Positions 1 through 9,800 of a stretch of DNA of 63,005 nucleotides are shown in pieces; position 1 is the stretch's first letter, and each line of letters starts with the position of its first letter. Under the pieces are notes generated by a model. The model saw only the letters and a program-made list of their open reading frames with translations. It ran no database searches and was not told where the DNA came from. This stretch comes from an uncultured virus (IMG/VR IMGVR_UViG_3300042549_007806). Its lineage: Duplodnaviria > Heunggongvirae > Uroviricota > Caudoviricetes. Location of the stretch: IMG/VR virus record IMGVR_UViG_3300042549_007806. The stretch is one strand, 5' to 3'. Made by a program: the position numbers and the translations under genes.

Positions 1-1560
1 TTGAGTTTAAAAAATAGAAGAGTTTATATTTCATTTGGGTCCAAATCTTTGGGTGACACAATGGCTTGGATCCCTTATTGCGAAGAGTTCAGAAAAAAAC
101 ATAATTGCCATTTGATTGCATCAACATTTATGAATGAGCTATTTGTTGATCAGTATTCCGAAATAGAATTTGTAAAACCTGGTGATTCAGTTAATAACAT
201 CTATGCACAATATAGATTAGGTTGGTTCTATAATGAAGATGGGACCTTCAATTCAAATGTACATAAAAATGATATTCGAAGACAGCCACTTCAAAAAACA
301 GCAACAGATATATTGGGGTTAGATTATATTGAAATCAGACCAAACCTTAATCTACCAAAAGTTGAAAAAAGAAAAAAGGTTGGTATAGGATTTCATTCCA
401 CGGCACAATCAAAGTATTGGAACAACCCGAATGGATGGCAAGAAGTTGTAGATTATTTAAATAATTTGGGGTATGAGTGTATGATATACTCAAGAGAAGG
501 TGATGGTTACATGGGTAATAATTACCCAAAAGGCGTAACAATCTATAAAGGTGGAAACTTACAAGAAGTGATTAATGATTTATCTACATGTGAGTTTTTT
601 ATAGGTTTAGGTTCAGGATTAAGTTGGTTGGCTTGGGCTTGTGAATTACCTGTGGTTTTAATCTCAGGGTTTAGTGAAAAATGGGCGGAAACAACTTTAG
701 ATACTTACAGAGTTATTAACGAAAATGTTTGTCATGGATGTTTTAATTCAGAAAGATTAGATGCGGGTGATTGGAACTGGTGTCCGTTACATAAAAATAC
801 AGACAGAATGTTTGAGTGTACCAAAAGAATAAGCTCCGATATGGTAGTAAAAGAAATAAATAAAATAATAAATAAAGAAGTGGTTGAAGAAAGAAAAAAT
901 AAATTAGAAGGATTTGATTGGGGTGGAAAAGATAATTGGTATGTTGACGCAACAATTGAAGAAATGGGTTATGGTAATATGTACGATAGATTTTTTACGG
1001 TTGAGGAAAATGATGTTGTTGTAGACTTAGGGGGGTCTTTAGGTCCGTTCACATATTCAATTCTCCCTAATAACCCAAAACAGTGTTATGTTGTTGAACC
1101 CCTAAATTCTCAAGTTGAGGTTATCAAAAAAAATCTTAATAAACCTAATGTAAAAATTATTAGAGGTGCAATTACAGATAAAAAACATCTAACAATCACT
1201 TGGGACGATGTTTCTGAAAATGTACCAACATTTACATTTAAAGAGTTCTTAGAGGAAAATAATATAAACCATATTGATTTCTTAAAATGTGATTGTGAGG
1301 GAGGGGAATACGATGTATTTCAACCAAGTAATATTGAGTTTTTAAAAACCATACCAAAAATTGTAACTGAATTCCATATGAGGGTTAATGAGAATTTTCA
1401 TAACTGTAAGTTCAGATGGTTTAGAGATAATATACTACCACAATTTAATAACTATCAAGTTTTTTCTGTTGATGGTGTTGATATTAAATGGGATTTATGG
1501 AATGACCATTTCTTGGATTGGTATTGTGAAGTAATAATTTATATAGACAATAGAAACTAA
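1..1560 (+). CDS. AAH/TibC-like protein O-glycosyl(heptosyl)transferase fused to a C-terminal FkbM-family methyltransferase; probably 5'-truncated
   Basis: SLGDTMAW, FIGLGSGLSWLAWA and VVLISGFS motifs; Cys cluster CHGC...WCP...FEC; C-terminal VVDLGGSLG and IDFLKCDCEGGEY (FkbM). Confidence 0.75.
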   Translation: MSLKNRRVYISFGSKSLGDTMAWIPYCEEFRKKHNCHLIASTFMNELFVDQYSEIEFVKPGDSVNNIYAQYRLGWFYNEDGTFNSNVHKNDIRRQPLQKTATDILGLDYIEIRPNLNLPKVEKRKKVGIGFHSTAQSKYWNNPNGWQEVVDYLNNLGYECMIYSREGDGYMGNNYPKGVTIYKGGNLQEVINDLSTCEFFIGLGSGLSWLAWACELPVVLISGFSEKWAETTLDTYRVINENVCHGCFNSERLDAGDWNWCPLHKNTDRMFECTKRISSDMVVKEINKIINKEVVEERKNKLEGFDWGGKDNWYVDATIEEMGYGNMYDRFFTVEENDVVVDLGGSLGPFTYSILPNNPKQCYVVEPLNSQVEVIKKNLNKPNVKIIRGAITDKKHLTITWDDVSENVPTFTFKEFLEENNINHIDFLKCDCEGGEYDVFQPSNIEFLKTIPKIVTEFHMRVNENFHNCKFRWFRDNILPQFNNYQVFSVDGVDIKWDLWNDHFLDWYCEVIIYIDNRN

Positions 1561-2147
1561 TGGAATTTAAGGAAAACAAAATAGACCCGCAAAATTATTA
1601 TTGGTATCAAAATGGGTTTAGTAAGGAAGAATTAATCAAAGTACATGAAGGTGTTTCTAATTTACCATTCAGTGAAGCCACTGTTTTTGGAAATGATAAT
1701 CCTGAGATAATTAAAAAAATTAGAAGTTCGTCCGTTAAGTGGATACCAAAAACAGATGAGTGGATGTGGTTATATGAAAAACTACTCGACATGGCGAGCA
1801 CCGCAAACAGAGAGGTTTGGAAGTTTAATCTGATATCAGCTCCCGAGTTAATTCAGTATACCGAATATTATGACACCGCAGGTGGTCATTATGATTGGCA
1901 TCAAGATATTGGGCCCGGTATCGGATCAAGTAGAAAGGTTTCTTTGACCGTTCAACTTTCAGATCCAAGTGAGTATGATGGTGGAGATTTACAGTTATGG
2001 AGAGGTGGTGACGATGTTGTTAACGCCGAAAAAGGTGCTGGAGTTGTTTTTATTTTTCCAAGTTACATGATGCATAGAGTAACCCAAGTGACCAAAGGTA
2101 CTAGAAGAAGTTTTGTGTTATGGGTTGGTGGTGACCACTATAGATAA
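1560..2147 (+). CDS. 2OG-Fe(II) oxygenase, PKHD/prolyl-4-hydroxylase-like
   Basis: YDWHQD (HxD), RKVSLTVQLS, YDGGDL, FPSYMMHRVTQVTKGTRRSFVLW. Confidence 0.85.
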   Translation: MEFKENKIDPQNYYWYQNGFSKEELIKVHEGVSNLPFSEATVFGNDNPEIIKKIRSSSVKWIPKTDEWMWLYEKLLDMASTANREVWKFNLISAPELIQYTEYYDTAGGHYDWHQDIGPGIGSSRKVSLTVQLSDPSEYDGGDLQLWRGGDDVVNAEKGAGVVFIFPSYMMHRVTQVTKGTRRSFVLWVGGDHYR

Positions 2148-3340
2148 GATGAAATTTCTTTTGATTTAAGTATATTGTCCTCTATTGAACAATATGTCCA
2201 CTCACCGTACCTACCTATTGAAAATATATTTTTTGGGTTGTGTTTTTCACACCATCGATTGTAAGTATTTTTTGAGTCATTAGTTATATGCACATATGCG
2301 GGGTTCATGATTAGAAATTGGTGGTCGACAAGTTTATGATCGGATATGACATTTGTCTTCCTTAAATCATTAAGTACGGTGTCAAGTAAATCAATCTCGT
2401 CAACTAAATCATCTTTTTCCAAACCAATCTCAACATACAAACTCAATTTTTCCTGACCTAAAATATTGTTATAGAAACCAACCCTATAAAAAACCTCTTC
2501 ATTTGGGTAATATCTCCAATGAGTTTTTATGTCAGAACCTTTATCAAAACCTAAATTAAAAACCGCAACTTTATTGGCCGATAAATTATATCTTTGTTTT
2601 GTTAAATCTAATAATTTATTTAATGGTAGAGTACTAACTAATTTGTTGAATCTTATGTCTCCGATATTTGTTCTAACAATTTTATTAGATAAGTCTATAT
2701 CTATAACATTAGTATTTAATTGTATTTTACTTTGATCAACCCTCTTTAATATAGATTTGATGTATTCATAACTACCATTTATTGGATAAATAAATGTGTC
2801 ATTGTAACTTATATTAATATTTTCTTGTGGTGGTTTTGGAAAAAATCTACCCATGGAATCAAACTCGAGTTGGTTAAGATCACAAGCATATAATTTTTCA
2901 TTGTAGGGTATAATAAACTTATCACAAATACCATTCCCTAAAGTTGTTCTAACATAATTCTTAAATGTAGATCTATCTTCAGGTCCACAATTTTTAAGGT
3001 CAGTTAGGCACTCGTCATATTCTTCTTTATTAAGTTGGGATATGTTGTGTTGGAAAGGAAAATTAATAATCTTACCTTGATAATCAATGTCGGTTATTTT
3101 ATTAACCTCTAACAATTCACAATCAATTTCAGATAAAACATAGTTTTTAATTTCTTCATTTCTAAAATGAAAAAAATGTCCCGAATAATCCCATACATAA
3201 TCACCTCTGATTGTTGTTTTACAATAACCACCTAACTCATTATCTTTCTCTATGATTAGATAATCTTTCCCATTTAAAAAAGACGCTAAGGATAAACCAG
3301 TCACACCACCACCAATAATAAGAATATCAGTTTGTTTCAT
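2138..3340 (-). CDS. FAD-dependent oxidoreductase (UDP-galactopyranose mutase / protoporphyrinogen oxidase-like)
   Basis: N-terminal IIGGGVTG, LGGYC, WDYSGHFFH and C-terminal IGRYGEWTY. Confidence 0.7.
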   Translation of the reverse strand: MKQTDILIIGGGVTGLSLASFLNGKDYLIIEKDNELGGYCKTTIRGDYVWDYSGHFFHFRNEEIKNYVLSEIDCELLEVNKITDIDYQGKIINFPFQHNISQLNKEEYDECLTDLKNCGPEDRSTFKNYVRTTLGNGICDKFIIPYNEKLYACDLNQLEFDSMGRFFPKPPQENINISYNDTFIYPINGSYEYIKSILKRVDQSKIQLNTNVIDIDLSNKIVRTNIGDIRFNKLVSTLPLNKLLDLTKQRYNLSANKVAVFNLGFDKGSDIKTHWRYYPNEEVFYRVGFYNNILGQEKLSLYVEIGLEKDDLVDEIDLLDTVLNDLRKTNVISDHKLVDHQFLIMNPAYVHITNDSKNTYNRWCEKHNPKNIFSIGRYGEWTYCSIEDNILKSKEISSYL

Positions 3341-4472
3341 TAATAGTAATTTTTTCCATAAAGAAGTTATAGTTTGTGGTTAACCTATCTTTGTGACCCT
3401 CAAATAACGGATCGTTAATAATGTTGTTTAACAAATATAAACCTTCATCATATCTCTGAGTCCAATAACAAGAAACCGATAACTCATCATTAACATAATT
3501 ATTATACGAGGTGTCATCCACAAATAGTATATATTTCTTTTTTACATCCTCAAGGGAAAGATTTTTGGCAATTTTCAAATGTTTGTAACCCATCTCAAAG
3601 TCACCAATCTGATTAAAATATAAACCTATTTTATAGTGTGGTTCGGCTCTGTCCGAAAATATATTAATAGCCCTTAACATTTCGTTATATATTTTTTCTC
3701 GATCAAAATTTAATTTCATCATACATATTGAAATTCTCATCTGAGACTCAAACAATTCTTCCACCCAAGCGTCTTTTAAGTTGGTATATAGTTTGTTCCA
3801 CTTTAACGCTTCTTCAAACATACCATAGTCCATAAAACTTTGGGCCGCGTAGAATACGGATCTATAATTCAAACCATCAGGATCGTCAATCAAAGTATCC
3901 CAAAATTGTTTTTGGAGTCTTTCAGCGTCGTAATAATATTTCTTAGGGTCAAAGGCTCTTGACCCAACACCATCCGCAATCACATAACCACGATTGGATA
4001 AATCACCAGTCGTGTAATGGTCTTTATCTAAACATTTAATTATTGTGTGTGCAACGCCACAGAATTTCCACCTTAATCTGTTGTTGTAAATTACGGTTGC
4101 CTTCCATGTTGAGGTTCCTCGTTTCATCATCATGAAATAATTGTCATAACCAACATCATCAAACCCAAAAGAAAAGTCACCTGCTAAAATATCATCAGCA
4201 TCTAAATGTAAAACATAATCAGTTTTATCAAAAACATATTCCATCATCATGTTTTTGTTTTTATCAAAACCAAACCACTCATCACGATGAATTTCACCAG
4301 GTATACCTGTACGATCCATGAACTCTTGTACAATATCTAATGTTCTATCAGTCGATCCGTTATCGGCAACAACCAAATAATCTATATATGGTGCAACCGC
4401 ATCTAATACGGTTCCGATGATGTGTTCTTCATTTTTACACATCGTAGCAAATGCTAATGTTGGTCTATTCAT
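3327..4472 (-). CDS. GT2 glycosyltransferase with C-terminal TPR-like repeats
   Basis: MCKNEE, DNGSTDRT, LHLDADD, followed by helical repeats (FYAAQSF, RAEPHY). Confidence 0.8.
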   Translation of the reverse strand: MNRPTLAFATMCKNEEHIIGTVLDAVAPYIDYLVVADNGSTDRTLDIVQEFMDRTGIPGEIHRDEWFGFDKNKNMMMEYVFDKTDYVLHLDADDILAGDFSFGFDDVGYDNYFMMMKRGTSTWKATVIYNNRLRWKFCGVAHTIIKCLDKDHYTTGDLSNRGYVIADGVGSRAFDPKKYYYDAERLQKQFWDTLIDDPDGLNYRSVFYAAQSFMDYGMFEEALKWNKLYTNLKDAWVEELFESQMRISICMMKLNFDREKIYNEMLRAINIFSDRAEPHYKIGLYFNQIGDFEMGYKHLKIAKNLSLEDVKKKYILFVDDTSYNNYVNDELSVSCYWTQRYDEGLYLLNNIINDPLFEGHKDRLTTNYNFFMEKITINETN

Positions 4473-5715
4473 AAATTTTGTTTAATATTTCTTCTTCTTG
4501 ATAATATTTTTTGGTGTAGATCATGTTCTGAAATTTCTGAGAGTGTCCTACCGAATCATCCCAATTCCAATCTTTTTTACCTAACTCTAATATTCTATTG
4601 TGTATTTGATTATCATAAAAATCTCTAATCAGTCTTGATCTACGATTAATATCTACTGAGTTATTATCCACAGTACTATTTCTATCGTTCCATTGTAGAT
4701 ATAACATCTTTTTAATGTGTACTATTTCAGTATTTAAAAATGTTCTAACAATCAATTCATAATCATCCGCAACGGGTGTATGAGTATTGTGACCTCCGAT
4801 CTTATCATACACTCCTTTTTTCCAAACCCTAACATGATTTGGCATACTAATATTAAACCTAATTGTGAGGGGATTAATATCGGGATAATGATGATTAATA
4901 TATGTTTTTCCATCGACCTCCACATAAGTGTGACCTGCATACCCAAAGTCAAAATAGTTATCGTGTCTGGCATACCAATTACCTGAATAGTCATGATCAT
5001 AAGTTTTCATCTCACCATCTTCATAAAGTTCACACACATCACTATACATAAAACCAGCATTTGGAAACTGTAAACTTGCTTTATGACATTCCTCTAAACA
5101 TGTTGAAATTAATGTATCATCATGATCTAACTCAACTAACCATTCACCATTACAAAGTGATGTCGCTCGATGTTTAACCAAACCAATATTACCGTTACTT
5201 TGGGGTAATATGCGGTGTATCTTCACTCTAAAATCTTTTTCAGATATATCTTTTATAATATTCCAAGTCGTACCATCATTTGAATCATCAACAATAACCC
5301 ATTCCCAATCATCGACGGTTTGATTTTTTATACTTTCATAAGTTCTGATTATTTTTCTACCTGTTTGAAAAGTTGGTGTGAAGATTGAAAACTTAGGTCT
5401 AATATTTTGACAATTTCTAAATGTTGATTGGCATACAACATCATTTGCTAAAATATTGTCGGGTGGAAAACTTAAATATCTAATTATTCTATTCGAAATA
5501 ATTTTATTATTTGAGGAAACTCTGTTGTCGCAACCCATGATAATATCAGGTTGGTAAACCGAAAAATCTTTAATTATATCATCGCTAAAAGGTAATGAAT
5601 AAATTATAACTTCCTCTAAAAGATTTTCTTCATAATATACATCAGATGTTAGAGTGAATGTACCTAACTCCCTCCAACCATAAACGATCGCGGATGGTTT
5701 TTTTGTTTTCATCAT
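4465..5715 (-). CDS. GT2 glycosyltransferase
   Basis: FSIFTPTF, WEWVIVDDS, LVELDHDD, IGGH..ADDYEL. Confidence 0.85.
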   Translation of the reverse strand: MMKTKKPSAIVYGWRELGTFTLTSDVYYEENLLEEVIIYSLPFSDDIIKDFSVYQPDIIMGCDNRVSSNNKIISNRIIRYLSFPPDNILANDVVCQSTFRNCQNIRPKFSIFTPTFQTGRKIIRTYESIKNQTVDDWEWVIVDDSNDGTTWNIIKDISEKDFRVKIHRILPQSNGNIGLVKHRATSLCNGEWLVELDHDDTLISTCLEECHKASLQFPNAGFMYSDVCELYEDGEMKTYDHDYSGNWYARHDNYFDFGYAGHTYVEVDGKTYINHHYPDINPLTIRFNISMPNHVRVWKKGVYDKIGGHNTHTPVADDYELIVRTFLNTEIVHIKKMLYLQWNDRNSTVDNNSVDINRRSRLIRDFYDNQIHNRILELGKKDWNWDDSVGHSQKFQNMIYTKKYYQEEEILNKIYE

Positions 5716-6296
5716 TTTTCAGTATCAAAAAAGAATGTTTGAAATAAACGGCCATCATAAATGTCTTGACCAAAATAATCCAAGGAAATGTGAAAATGAT
5801 CACCCCTATAAAGAACCAAACGATTATAAACATTTCCAATTCTATCAACTAATTCCCATTTAGTCATGTCTTGTGAATCTTTATATATTTGATTTAATAT
5901 ATCCATATTATAGGATCCGTCCTCATTTTTAGGTGCCATTGTTAGACCTGTTGGTTTATGTTTAAATAAACCAGTGCCTGAACTTAGTGGAGCATCTGGG
6001 GTTAAATAACATACTCCAGCCCATTTAGTTGTTTGATCTGCGTGGATCCAACTACGATCTTTAGATGTTGTAAATTGGTATGACCCTGTATATTGTTCTT
6101 CAGACCAATAAGTTACTTTTCCATAATATGGGAATACAACAGATTCTATAACATCTTTCATAGAATCGTTTAAAAAAGATTTGGTTCTCCTACCTGGATA
6201 ATTACCACTTACAGGGTAATCTTGCTGTAGTGCGAACTTTCTAACTTCATCAACATCTGAGTAAAAGTCATCAATAATATAAGTGGATATTTGCAT
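5712..6296 (-). CDS. 2OG-Fe(II) oxygenase-like protein (DUF6445-like)
   Basis: IIDDFY, YPGRR, WIHAD, VCYLTP, YNRLVLY, FH and RLFQTFF. Confidence 0.65.
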   Translation of the reverse strand: MQISTYIIDDFYSDVDEVRKFALQQDYPVSGNYPGRRTKSFLNDSMKDVIESVVFPYYGKVTYWSEEQYTGSYQFTTSKDRSWIHADQTTKWAGVCYLTPDAPLSSGTGLFKHKPTGLTMAPKNEDGSYNMDILNQIYKDSQDMTKWELVDRIGNVYNRLVLYRGDHFHISLDYFGQDIYDGRLFQTFFFDTEK

Positions 6297-6342
6297 ATTT
6301 TTATTGTAAAAATATGAAATGTTTAAGTTAAATAAATAGAAG

Positions 6343-6795
6343 TTAACAAGGACCTTGATAAACTAAAGTAGATCCATTCCATTGGTAACAATCGTTCCCA
6401 TCTGAATAAAATCCACTTGGTGCTGGAGTAGTACATTGATCCTCATCAAATATTCCAGTGGCAAATGCTAATAAACATGGGTCATCCTGACAAGTTCGTT
6501 TCAAATAAACACTTCTTATATCATTACACTCACAAGACTTTCTACAATCATCTCTGTCAAAACATAAGTTAGCAGGACAACAGTCAGGTACACATGTAGG
6601 TGTTGGAGTAGGTGTTGGTCTTGGAGTAGGTGTTGGTCCTCCAGGTGTTGGTGTTGGTGTTGGTGTTGGGGTAGGTGTTGGACAAAATGGGTTGTCATCC
6701 CAAAATTTTATATCTCCACCAGCACCCGCTAATAAATTATTAACCGCATTTATATTACCACATAATACATCATTAAGTTTAGTTATATTACCCAT
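6343..6795 (-). CDS. Pro-Thr repeat, Cys-rich small protein (putative virion/fibre component)
   Basis: (PT)n linker followed by a Cys-rich domain; directly downstream of the fibre gene. Confidence 0.6.
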   Translation of the reverse strand: MGNITKLNDVLCGNINAVNNLLAGAGGDIKFWDDNPFCPTPTPTPTPTPTPGGPTPTPRPTPTPTPTCVPDCCPANLCFDRDDCRKSCECNDIRSVYLKRTCQDDPCLLAFATGIFDEDQCTTPAPSGFYSDGNDCYQWNGSTLVYQGPC

Positions 6796-6802
6796 ATTAA
6801 CA

Positions 6803-9800
6803 TCATACTAATTCAATCCAATCTTGTGAAGGATTAAAGTAAATTATATCAGCTGAAATCGCATAACCAACAACTCTTACTATGTCACTAGTGCCCGATG
6901 GTTGAGTGGATGTTATATCTCCATCGGTAGTTGATAAATACAACACTTGACCTGGAGTCCAGTTCCATGCCGATCTATATGCATAACCTCGTAACATCAT
7001 ACCCGAGTTGAATTGAACACCTATCGCCATTCCAAGTAGACCCTGAGCGGTTGCAGAACTATCAGCATCCGCAAGTGCCCATGCTGAACCACTTGTCCAA
7101 TAGTATACATTATATTTAGTTGAGGTTCCGCTACCACCAAATGTTACAAGTTCGCCATAATAATCATCGATAGTCATGAGTGTGGTCGGATCAGTCGCTA
7201 ATCTCCATTCACCCTCTAATAAGGTTGTTGAACTAGTATTAGCTCTAAACAAGTTAGCACCTGTATTAATGGTAAAGGCGGCACTTGAGTTCGCTGAATT
7301 CGATGTACCGTTTGCAACTAAAATATTATTAGCAGTAGTTGGAGAAATTGATGTAAATCCTGCACCTTGGGCCCCTTGTGCCCCCTGTGGACCAGGACCT
7401 CCCGTTGCACCTTGAGCCCCTTGGGCTCCAGTTGCCCCTAATCCCGCAGGTCCAGTTGGTCCTTGTGCTCCTTGAGGTCCAGGTCCGCCTGTCGCTCCTT
7501 GTGCTCCTTGAGGTCCAGGACCGCCTGTAGCTCCTTGTGCTCCTTGAGGTCCAGGACCACCTGTTGCTCCTTGAGCTCCGGTCGCTCCTTGGGCACCTTG
7601 AGGTCCAGGTCCGCCTGTTGCTCCTTGTGCACCTTGAGGTCCAGGTCCGCCTGTTGCTCCTTGGGCACCTTGAGGTCCAGGTCCGCCTGTTGCTCCTTGA
7701 GCTCCGGTCGCTCCTTGTGCACCTTGAGGTCCAGGTCCGCCTGTTGCTCCTTGTGCTCCGGTTGCTCCTTGTGCTCCGTTAACTCCGCTAGTTCCATTTG
7801 TTCCTGAAGTACCAGCAGCACCTTGTGCTCCGGTTGCTCCTTGTGCTCCAGTTGCTCCTTGTGCTCCGGTTGCTCCTTGTGCTCCGTTAACGCCTGAAGT
7901 ACCTCTCGTACCGCTAGTTCCATTTGTTCCTGAAGTACCAGCGGCCCCTTGTGCTCCGGTTGCTCCTTGTGCTCCAGTTGCTCCTTGTGCTCCGTTAACT
8001 CCGCTAGTTCCATTTGTTCCTGAAGTACCAGCGGCCCCTTGTGCTCCGGTTGCTCCTTGTGCTCCAGTTGCTCCTTGTGCTCCGTTAACTCCGCTAGTTC
8101 CATTTGTTCCTGAAGTGCCAGCGGCTCCTTGTGCTCCAGTTGCACCTTGTGCTCCAGTCGCTCCTTGTGCTCCGTTAACTCCGCTAGTTCCATTTGTTCC
8201 TGAAGTGCCAGCAGCTCCTTGTGCTCCAGTTGCACCTTGTGCTCCGGTTGCTCCTTGTGCTCCAGTTGCTCCTTGTGCTCCGTTAACTCCGCTAGTTCCA
8301 TTTGTTCCTGAAGTACCAGCGGCTCCTTGTGCTCCAGTTGCTCCTTGTGCTCCAGTTGCTCCTTGTGCTCCGTTAACTCCGCTAGTTCCATTTGTTCCTG
8401 AAGTGCCAGCGGCTCCTTGTGCTCCAGTTGCACCTTGTGCTCCAGTCGCTCCTTGTGCTCCGTTAACTCCGCTAGTTCCATTTGTTCCTGAAGTACCAGC
8501 GGCTCCTTGTGCTCCAGTTGCTCCTTGTGCTCCGTTAACACCTGATGTTCCTCTCGTACCGCTAGTACCGTTTGTTCCTGAAGTCCCATTCGTTCCATTT
8601 GTACCTGACGTTCCGTTAGTCCCGTTTGTTCCATTTGTCCCGTTAGTACCTGACGTACCATTTGTTCCGCTAGTACCGTTTGTTCCTGACGTTCCATTTG
8701 TACCGTTTGTACCTGAAGTACCATTGGTTCCACTTGTGCCGTTAGTTCCGTTAGTACCTGAAGTTCCATTTGTACCATTTGTTCCCGAAGTTCCGTTAGT
8801 TCCTGATGTGCCATTTGTTCCTGATGTTCCATTTGTACCACTTGTGCCGTTTGTTCCTGATGTTCCATTAGTACCATTGGTACCTGATGTTCCGTTTGTA
8901 CCATTCGTCCCATTAGTTCCTGACGTTCCGTTTGTGCCATTCGTTCCTGATGTACCTCTTGTACCTGACGTACCGTTTGTTCCATTCGTTCCGCTAGTAC
9001 CATTTGTTCCTGAAGTTCCGTTGGTTCCATTAGTCCCCGATGTTCCATTGGTTCCGTTGGTACCTGATGTGCCATTAGTTCCATTTGTTCCTGATGTTCC
9101 GTTTGTACCATTAGTACCTGAAGTGCCGGCAGCACCTTGAGCTCCCTGAGGTCCAGTTGGTCCTTGTGCTCCCTGAGGTCCAGTCGCGCCTTGTGCTCCA
9201 ACCGCACCTTGAGCTCCCTGAGGTCCAGTTGCGCCTTGTGCTCCGTTTACTCCTGATGTACCATTAGTACCTGAAGTACCCGCAGCCCCTTGAGCTCCTT
9301 GTGGTCCAGTCGCCCCTTGAGCGCCTTGTGGTCCAGTGGCACCTTGTGCCCCATTTACTCCTGATGTTCCGTTTGTCCCCGATGTACCATTTGTACCATT
9401 AAGACCACTTACTCCCGAAGTACCATTAGTTCCTGATGTACCATTAGTTCCGTTCGTACCTGAAGTCCCATTAGTACCATTAGTTCCCGAAGTTCCGTTT
9501 GTTCCATTAGTTCCTGATGTTCCTCTTGTCCCTGAAGTTCCATTGGTTCCTGAAGTGCCGTTTGTTCCACTAGTACCATTTGTACCATTAGTTCCTGATG
9601 TTCCGTTTGTTCCACTAGTACCATTTGTTCCACTAGTACCATTTGTACCTGAAGTACCATTTGTCCCATTCGTTCCGCTAGTTCCGTTAGTTCCATTAGT
9701 ACCGCTAGTTCCGTTCGTTCCTGATGTACCGTTTGTACCATTAGTTCCGTTAGTTCCTGAAGTTCCATTTGTACCGTTTGTTCCACTTGTACCATTTGTC

